A DNA stretch of 64,000 nucleotides, from contig JAUCBJ010007485.1 of assembly GCA_032718475.1 (NCBI GenBank), forward strand, positions 1 through 64,000. Reading direction: 5' to 3'. This stretch comes from Nemertoderma westbladi (lineage: Eukaryota; Animalia; Xenacoelomorpha). The translations under genes and the position numbers were made by a program. The notes under the pieces were generated by a model, which was not told the origin of the DNA, ran no database searches, and worked only from the letters and a program-made list of their open reading frames with translations. This document shows, piece after piece, positions 55,276-64,000 of the stretch (position 1 is its first letter; each line of letters begins with the position of its first letter).

Positions 55276-55873
55276 GTTGTTTTGGTTAGAAAATCCCGCC
55301 TCTGTAACCTGCTCCTTTCCCTGATTTGGTAAAGTGACAGTTTATTGTTTTGGTTAGAAAGGCCCGCCTCTTTAACCTGCTCCTTTCCTTCATTTTGTAA
55401 AGTGACTGTTTATTGTTTTGGTTAGAAAATCCCGCCTCTGTAACCTGCCCGCTGCCCCTTTCCCTCAATTAGTTAAATGGTCGTTTATTGTTTTGGTTAG
55501 AAAATCCGCCTCTGTAACCTGCTCCTTTCCCTCAATTAGTTAAGTGATCGTTTATTGATTTGGTTAGGAAATCCCGCCTCTGTAACCTGCTCCTTTCTCT
55601 CAATTGGTAATGTTATCGTTTATTGTTTTGGTTAGAAAAAACCATCTATGTAACCTGCTCCTTTCCTTCATTTAAAGTAAAGTGCTTGTTTATTGTTTTG
55701 GTTAGAAAATCCCGCCTCTGTAACCTGCTCCTTTCCCTGATTTGGTAAAGTGACCGTTTATTGTTTTGGTTAGAAAGGCTAGCGCTAGCCTCTGTAACCT
55801 GCTCCTTTCCTTCATTTGGTAAAGTAACTGTTTATTGTTTTGGTTAGAAAATCCGGCCTTAACCTGCTCCTTT
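55276..55873. repeat. ~62-bp minisatellite, ~9-10 copies
   Basis: Repeated gtttattgttttggttagaaaatcccgcctctgtaacctgctcctttcc... Confidence 0.92.
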
Positions 55874-58675
55874 CAGCCTTTCCATCAATTTGTAATTTTT
55901 TTTGGCTATAAAATGAGTGTTTTGCTACGTCATGTGGTAATCGATTATCGACAACAACCACAAAGAGTCTTTCAGTCTTATACCACAGGCGCATATGGAA
56001 ATATATCTCATAGTCATAGTCTATAAATAATGGAATTTTGAATGTTTTGGCACAGGCATAGTGAAACCAACTGTCCGACAGACCAGAAATCAACAAATTT
56101 TGAATGTTTTGGCATAGGCATGTTGAAATCAACTGTCTGACAGTCCAGAAATCAGCAGTCTGACAGTTTGAAGAAATACATACATAAAAAAGTCATTAAA
56201 GGGACAACAAAAGTCATTCTGTCATTATGCACAATTCGTAAAAAAAGGAGGACAAAAAAAGTCAAATAAAAGGACATAAAAAATCACTGCCTTAATTAAC
56301 TCTAACCAGAAAACATACTGGTACTGGTAGAGATGCCACGATGCAGACATCAGAGAATCGGAGTCGGCATGGGGCGAACTTCAGCATAAAGATAAGATAA
56401 ATATGTTCGGTTTGGTTGGACATCGCTGATCTTTATGGGTTACTTCAAACTAGCCTAGAATTTACTTATTTTCGTTTTAATGGGAAATTTTGCGAACAAA
56501 AAGACGGCCTAGGCATGGGGAATAGACTAGCCGGAGTTGTGTGCATTCTGACATTTCATTGAACAATTACCATAAGCATAAACTTTAAATGCATTACTGA
56601 AGAATGCAAATTTTAAATTTCTAAATACAAAGGCTTTTCTAAAAATTAAGGAATTCTTGTGAAATTTGGCATGAATTATGATTGGGTGATTCTTAACACC
56701 CCCTATTACCACTTTATTAATTTTCTTTGTTATAGCTGAAATATTTAACAAATGTGTAGATTTTTGACCAAAAATGGCGAAATCTTTCAAAAATATACAT
56801 CAACAAATCGGATAATTAAAATAATTTTTGAAAAGATGCATTTAACAAAATGGTGGTAATAGGATCGATTCACCATATCATTGTGCACAAATCATAACAT
56901 TTTGGGCACTTGATGACCTTCCCGCTAAAAGACTTTGCATTTTAAAGAATAATTCCATAAAATTACTGTTATGTTAATTCGGTTATAAATTAAAAATTTC
57001 GAAAACTTTTTATCCACCTATTCTATAACATGTGTACCAAATGTCAATAATTTTGGGTAAAACGAATTCTCCTAAATAAGGGAGTACAATTTTTTGGTTA
57101 ATTAGTCAACCCCCCCCCCCCCCCCCCCCCCCCCTCCCAGGGGTGGTGGGGGGGGGGGGGGGGGGGGTTGAGTAAGTCAAACAAAGGTACACATTTTGGA
57201 TGAACCGCTCAATGAAATTTCATGAAATTTGGAACTCGGATTGACCGGATTGATCTACCCGGACAAATGTAGAACCTCAAAAAAAAAAATAAAAAAATAA
57301 CGTCCGCCAAAAATAAGACCGTTTTTTGAAAATTACTTGTATTTAAAAAATATATATATATAAATCATCAAAAAAGCATCCAACTGACAAAACATCTGAA
57401 TTATTAGAAGTTCCACGGGTAGACAGCATTGATGCTGAGAATCAAAGAAAATTTCATAAAGTTTCATCTGGTACTGTAGTTCCTGAGAAATATGTACCTT
57501 TGTGTAAAAAAAAACATGAAATAGTACATTTCAAACCTTTCCGCCAAATTTTTCTGTTTAGATTTTCCAAATATGATCCAAAATTATGAAATGAAAGCAC
57601 ACCACCTTACAAAAATTTTGCTGTAGGTGTTTTCATTGTTGGTGATTTCATTTCCGATGTCAGTTTTTTCATTTGAGTGAATCTAGCGCTGCTGTATACA
57701 GTACATACTGTGTGGTATATTGTATTTCTCTGTCTGTCGGACTGTCAGTCAAAAAATAAGAAATCACACCACTAAACTGAGGTTTTCGTTAAATGGGGTT
57801 TCATGGTCGGTGACTCCATATCAGATGTTAATTTTAATGTTTGGAGGAATCTACTGTAGATTGCCTTTAAAAACTGTCTGTATGTCTGTCGGTCTTTCTG
57901 ACCGTCTGTCTATCAAAAAATAAGGAAGCATACCGCAAATGTAGAATTATTGTTATGTGGGTTTTATGGTCGGTGCTTTCATTTCTGATGTTAATATTTA
58001 CGGTTGAAGAAATCTAGACTGTTTTTGTTCTACTGACATACATACAGACAGACAGACACAACAGACAAACGGACAGACAGACAATCCAAATCAAATTTAA
58101 AGAAAAAAACGGATATCAGCAATTAAACCCTTTACTAAGTAAACCCCCATACCGAAAATTATAATTAGGTAATGTCCTTCCTTATTTTTTTAACGGACAG
58201 AAAAACCGACAGGCGGACAACACTGACATACAGACAACTACGTCTGGTGCTATGACTTTAAGGTTTCAATTTCTGTAATCTACGAAAAAGTTTGACTTTG
58301 ATTCAATAAAAAAAATTTTGAAGAAAAAAAAATTTTTCGTGAAAATTTGCAGGGTACCCTGTCCCCTTAAATTATTATTAAACTGTAATACTTTATTAAG
58401 TTAATTATTAAGTTAATCTACTCTCATCTTCTCCTGGTGCAAATTAATCTACTCTCATCTTCTCCTGATGCAAATTAATCTACTCTAATTTACTCTTGCT
58501 GCATACTTTTACTTATTATATCTACTATATACTGTAATTATATTTATTCCAAAATTGTAACATTACTCAACGCTGTTAGTATTAACAGCGAGTTGTTACA
58601 GTATTTAGCCCTTTACAACTTTAGAGGACATTACAGCATTGTATTGGCCTATACATTTAGTATTGTATTTGGTGT

Positions 58676-58766
58676 TATTGTTTACCCGGTAACCCATGAC
58701 GGCGTTAAGTAATGTCCACTAAGGGGACATTACATAACGCTGTCATTGGATACCACGTAAACAATA
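58676..58766. other. 91-nt near-perfect hairpin
   Basis: 42-bp arms with 36/42 Watson-Crick pairs and a 7-nt loop (actaagg). Confidence 0.8.
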
Positions 58767-59432
58767 GGTAAAAATTTGCCTGACAGCCAGATAGGCCTAC
58801 TGTATTACCTACCGGTAGGCGGGGTATAGCTATTAATAACCAGTTGGGCCTAGCTATATTATTATAACATGGCTCCAAACGCCACCATAAATATAAGCTA
58901 ACTTACTTTATAACATAATTTTATGTCATTTTTACGTTTATTCATACAGCAACTAATATAATTTGTGCAGTTTCTATCACTTATATAGTGTATATGTACA
59001 ATGTACAATCATTTCGTAATGTTACAATTTTGTAATAAAACTACATAGATACGTGTTGCAAAGTACTTTACAGTGTTGTGATCCTCGTGGCTTTATTTTC
59101 ACTCACTCACTAACGTTCGTTCGTGTAACAAAGTCACTGGGATCCTCACACTGTAAAGTGCTGCTTTACACACAAGTATGTAAATAGTTATTACTTAAAA
59201 TCAACTCTATTATTACATTCATTGGACCAATCTCTTTCGATCTTGTTTTTCATCCGTTTGTCCCGTTTTAACATAACTTAACAATATTATTATGGATGTT
59301 AGACCGTTAAAACGATTAATATATATTATTAATTATTATTAATATTGTACCGATATATTCAGATACCGCAGTGAAAGTATTTCAATTAATCTTTGTTTCT
59401 ATCTTCCAGAATGTGTTGTTGTGTACCAGCAG

Positions 59433-60027
59433 TGTTGTAAGAAGGATTTGGTAGTATGGGGGGTGGTTAATTAACGTAGTCGGTTTGTTATAATAAATGT
59501 AAGCGGATCCAATTCACTGCACTACCCAGCGGAAAATGGGGAAAGTGGCTTTTACCAATTATAATTGGCTAGGTGACATTAGGAATATAATGTCACCTAA
59601 TAACCAATGAAGGAGGCAATACACGTTGCCAGCCACAAGTAGAGATAAGAGGCTACAAGCCATCTCAGGGGAACTAAAGGGGCTAGCACGTGGGCATAAA
59701 GGGAACAGGGAGTGCCAAGGAAAGGAAGGATAGGTTAGCCAATGATGGGGTAGAACACCATCTGATAGGGGTGCATTCATTGACCAGGCCACGTAACAGT
59801 AGCAATATGTTAGTAATATAACCGTTGCATTTATTACCTGTTGTTCAGTTGGTTTGTGTAGAGCTGTGGAAGCAAGACGGTTTCAACCGTTGTCATTAAC
59901 CGTGCTATTATTATATTCTGATTGTGCTATTACAGTACTGTATTCTGACATTACGAACAACTGCCAGTAAAACTCAGTTACTCAACCGGCCTCCGGCCTT
60001 TCAAACTCAGGTACCATAAGCCTTTCA
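59433..60027 (+). mobile_element. Probable solo LTR (Gypsy-like, 4-bp TSD)
   Basis: TG...CA ends (tgttgtaag ... cctttca) flanked by gcag on both sides (59429-59432, 60028-60031), with AGTAAA about 60 bp before the end and no internal domain. Confidence 0.55.
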
Positions 60028-61021
60028 GCAGCCTACGGATGCGGCGACGCGTATAACCCAAAAGTAAACACACACCGATCGGGATTCCCTCGCCAACGCG
60101 GGGATCCCATCACAATAAACATTGAAAAAAAATTGTTTAAATGAAAAGGTCCGCTTTTCACAAATGTGCCCCACCCCACTCAAGATGCTGCCTATATAGT
60201 TTGGCTGACTTAAGGTACATTTGTAAGAAGCTTGGCAAGGATTCTTCAAACATTCTCCGTCTAGCCAGCTTATGTACGTTTACCACAGGAAGGCCTAGCT
60301 GAGAGATATGCCTACAGTATAACAAAAATAAGAAAAATACATTTCGATAACGATGGCAGTAAAAAAACCATGTTATACTGTATTTCGGCTCCTTTGAGTT
60401 GATGCCCATATGTGGGACATGATGCAATAATATGGTGGATGTGGTGCGCAATGCTGTGATACCAATGGAAAGGCCTCTGACTGAGCCGTCACCTGATGGG
60501 TGTGATGTCATGTCAGGTCTCTACAAGTCTCCCTTTACACGAGGAAGGATAATATATGGTTGGGGCTCGAGTGGCTTTTGGCTTCAGCCATAAATATAAT
60601 TAAATATTATGAACAATTATTTTTTCTCTCTGCCCACCTTTGCACACCTCGTTGGTTTGGGACAGCCCTGACCCCTCGATTGATTTGGCTCTCCATTCCA
60701 TGCAGGCAGCGCCAGTCTCCGGGCCGCCTGTAAACTCGTGATTCCATGCAGGCAGCGCTAGCCTCCGGACCGCCTGTAAACTCGTTCCAGGCTAGAGGGG
60801 GGTGGGGGAGGGGGGGTGGTGTGGTAGCGCAGGCTTGCTAGATATATACTGTTTACGCTAGATATATAGTTTTATATTTGAATGTTATAGTTGTCAGTGA
60901 TATTGTTCACCTTATTCCACAAATTTTAACATTTTTTATGTCCCGCATTGGTGTAGTGGTGGAATCGTTACGTTGAAATAGCGTCTCAGACTCCACATGT
61001 GGTGTTTAAGCCCAACATAAG

Positions 61022-64000
61022 TGTAAAGGCTTTTGCGTAATTAGCCGGTTATTTTCCCCGTAAAGTACTCTGTAGTTGGTTTAACAGGCATAAAAGGCCG
61101 TGTCCTTACTGTACTGTTGTTTTAGAGGACATAAAAGCCATTTCTTCTGTATGTGTACTTTAGCGGACATAACTAGCAATTTTATGTCGCAATACGCTAA
61201 AATCCTCTTGACACAGTGTAGTTACTATGACGACGGCTAACAGCTGATCTGTACACGTGTAGCTTTTTCTTTGTTCCTTTGTTCGGACAACCAATCAGAG
61301 CGATTCTCCTGTTATTTGTACAGAAACCTCCGGGAAATCGCGCAATGCATTACTGTTTATGTTTACATTTTTTCCTGATGCCAGAAGACCGGCTTTGGAA
61401 TCTCTGTGTTTTCAGGCCTTAGCAAAACATTAGTAGGCTTGATCATAGAACGTATAACCGTTATCAAACAAACAATACAAACTAATCAATATCAAACCAA
61501 AACACCGCATTTTTACTGCTATTTACTGTTTATTCGGTTATTAATTATATCAGTGGATGGAATATTATTATATTGGATAATATCGCTAAATAATCAGAAA
61601 CCCCAATCTTCTTGATATACTGAAGGTTAGAGAGACCGGTTACATATAACAATTGCGACTTACATTATATTGGTTTTGGAGTGAATCTAATGCTATTTCA
61701 TAGGCACTACATGAGTCAGTGGTTGTTCTCTTTATATGTGACTAAAATTAGTGAAGGTCGGCAGATCGGTGTGCAGCATTGTGCGGTAGTGTGCATGATT
61801 GTGACTGATAACGAAGCATCTCCTAAAGAATGCGCTTTATACGTGAATCCATAGCCATCCCGTTGTGTCTAGTGTAAGTCATAACTCTGTTTACATATTT
61901 AGAGCGCCACGTCCTAAAGGAACTGTTAATATTTCCCGAAAGTGAATAATATTTGTCAGAAATTATATATTAACGATCAGTCGAATAATACAGTAGGCCT
62001 ACACCGCAATAAGGTCAAAGCTTCCGAATCCAGTCTCCCAGGTATATCCAGCGGGTGAATGGTCGCGCATAGACTGGCTTTGGCTAATGTAGTGTATTAA
62101 ATACTCATCATAGGCTAAAGTCGATTTATAATCTAGAAGACATCTAAATTTGGCAGGTTAAACTGCTAAAGGTCTGAAAGCGCGAACAATAACGGTTATT
62201 GCTTCTGTATTGCAGTAGGAAATATCGACCGGTACCTAGTAGGCCTGACTACCTAACCACCCGGACCGGTACTTACAGCAGTACAGGTACAGCAGTATTA
62301 TTCAATTTGATAATTATATACCGGTAGGCCTTAATATTGAATCAGGGAGGGCCCGCCCTGGTTTATTCGGTTTGTTGCGGTTTATTCGGTTTGTTGCGGT
62401 TTATTGCGGTTTATTCGGACCCCCTTCTCATCCTTCCTGCAGCCGTACTCACTAGGTTATTGATTGCGGTGGAAGAACACCAGATCGATTGGGCGAGAAA
62501 TAAGCGATCGACTAAAGATAGTTATGCGGGATACACAAGGGAAGAACTGAAGTCTATTGTCGAGTCGCAATGGAACTTCCCCGGACCCGGACTCCCGTTT
62601 GATTTATCAGAAGCTGCCTGGGAAGACATACACAGGATGGGAGTAACCAAGGAAACCATCGATCTAGCTGTGTGGAAGAGGTCCGCAGCCGGATACGCAC
62701 AGGGATTCTTCAGCTCTATGGAGCAATTAAAAGAACAACTGTTTCAACAACCCCAAGGACCTCAAGAGCAGGGACAGCTGCTTTATCAAGTTAGAGAAAG
62801 AATTCTACGAATCAGGCTAATCTTATCGGCCTTTGAGGAGGCTTCTAAAAGAAGACAAGACACGTCGCTGCAAGTTGCCGTAAAGACTTGGTTTCAACGG
62901 GTGAGTCTCCAGGTTCAAGGAACGGCTCAGTGGAAAGCTCAGCTGGAGGAGCGCTCTACCCATGGAGAATCAACAGACGCTACTTTTTCCCAAGTGGAAA
63001 GTGAAGCGACGGCAGAGAAACCGCATAAGAGGGATGCCATTGACATCTATCTGTCAGACTATCAGCGCTTTTTAGGAGATGAAGAGTTGAGGAGAAGGTT
63101 AGATGGACTTAGCCCTAATAGTGAAGGAACCCAGCGTGTGATGGACGCCATCGATGTGGATATGAGAGCTGCGAACCAAGCTAGATTTGATGAACGCCTC
63201 CGCATCACTAGAGTCCAAGAAGAACAAGTGAAGAAAAAACGTATAGAAGACAGAAAGGCAGCGGCAGTGGCAGCAGCAGTGGCAGCTGCAGAAGCAGAAA
63301 GAAAAGCGGCAGTAGCAGCGGCAGAGGCAGAGGCGGAAAGAAAAGCGGCAGCGGCAGAAGCGGAAAGAAAGGCGGCAGTGGCAGCGGCCGAAGCGGAAAG
63401 AAAAGCGGCAGAGGCAGTGGCAGAAGCAGAACGGAGATCGGCTGAAGAAACCACCCAATTAGAATTGGAAAACATTCAGGAGAATCAAGACTGCATAAAT
63501 AAACAGTTAACAGCTAGTAATATGCAGATGATGAATCGATCTACTCCCAAAAGACAGGGATATACATCATCTGAGGAAGGCGATACCACCGATACTGAAG
63601 GCAAAGGAAATAGATCTCGTCTAAGCAGACGTAGAAGAACATCCCACCGTCAGAAATTGCCTGATTTGCCTCCAGCTGTTAGAAGGCAACTAAATAACAC
63701 AAACTTAGGTAGTACAGAACCCACAGACCAAATAATTAAAATAGAAAGACTCCCTACTATAGTAGATGAGCCTGAAATAATTAGGCCTGTTCCCGAAGCC
63801 ACCCTTTCGGTGGTAGAGACACCTGTACTCCCTGAACCTACCTCTAAATTCCCTCTGCACAGCACTAAGCTACCTGTGCCCAGCAGAACAGCCCATGAGA
63901 CAATCCATGTCCTGGACTCCAAGCGAAATATTAATGATTTGTCGCCCGTTGTCCCTCGTCCGCCCGCTACAACGTTGGCGGCTCCCGCTTCGGCGGTCGA
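61022..64000 (+). mobile_element. BEL/Pao LTR retrotransposon, second copy with ~2.3-kb internal deletion; runs off the right edge
   Basis: Starts TGTAAAGGCTTTTG. ~61515-62360 aligns with the reverse complement of ~7730-6780, and 62418-64000 aligns with the reverse complement of 4470-~2860. Confidence 0.9.
62418..63998 (+). CDS. BEL Gag frame lacking its native N-terminus, open to the right edge
   Basis: DPLLILPAAVLTRLLIAVEEHQIDWAR...; first in-frame ATG at 62637; contains the same AEAERKAA coiled-coil stretch as the left copy. Confidence 0.7.

Overview
Eukaryotic, repeat-rich genomic DNA, most likely from an invertebrate animal (inference). About half the window is tandem repeat. Two host genes converge. 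On the + strand are six exons (TM3 to C-terminus, 11917-41419) of a GnRH/corazonin/vasopressin-superfamily GPCR; its TM1-TM2 exon(s) were not found in the window. On the - strand is a single-exon TGN38/TGOLN2-KCT2-like type I membrane protein (53550-52318). Two related BEL/Pao LTR retrotransposons bracket the window in opposite orientation and both run off the edges. Other mobile elements include a 5'-truncated, frame-intact RTE-type LINE, a CR1/L2 3' fragment, three Helentron-associated (HINE-like) elements, hAT/Kolobok/Harbinger-type MITEs and a solo LTR. The most unusual points are these. (i) Two consecutive GPCR introns are filled by satellites whose monomer is a copy of that intron's own exon-end plus 5' splice site (hundreds and tens of copies). 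(ii) A third satellite is the amplified A-box half of a tRNA-like/SINE head. (iii) A non-coding structured element shares its 3' end with the RTE LINE, making a candidate SINE-LINE pair. (iv) There is a perfect 3.2-kb (GTT)n array. All giant ORFs in the ORF track over the satellites are artefacts. Coordinates were read by eye and no database searches were run.
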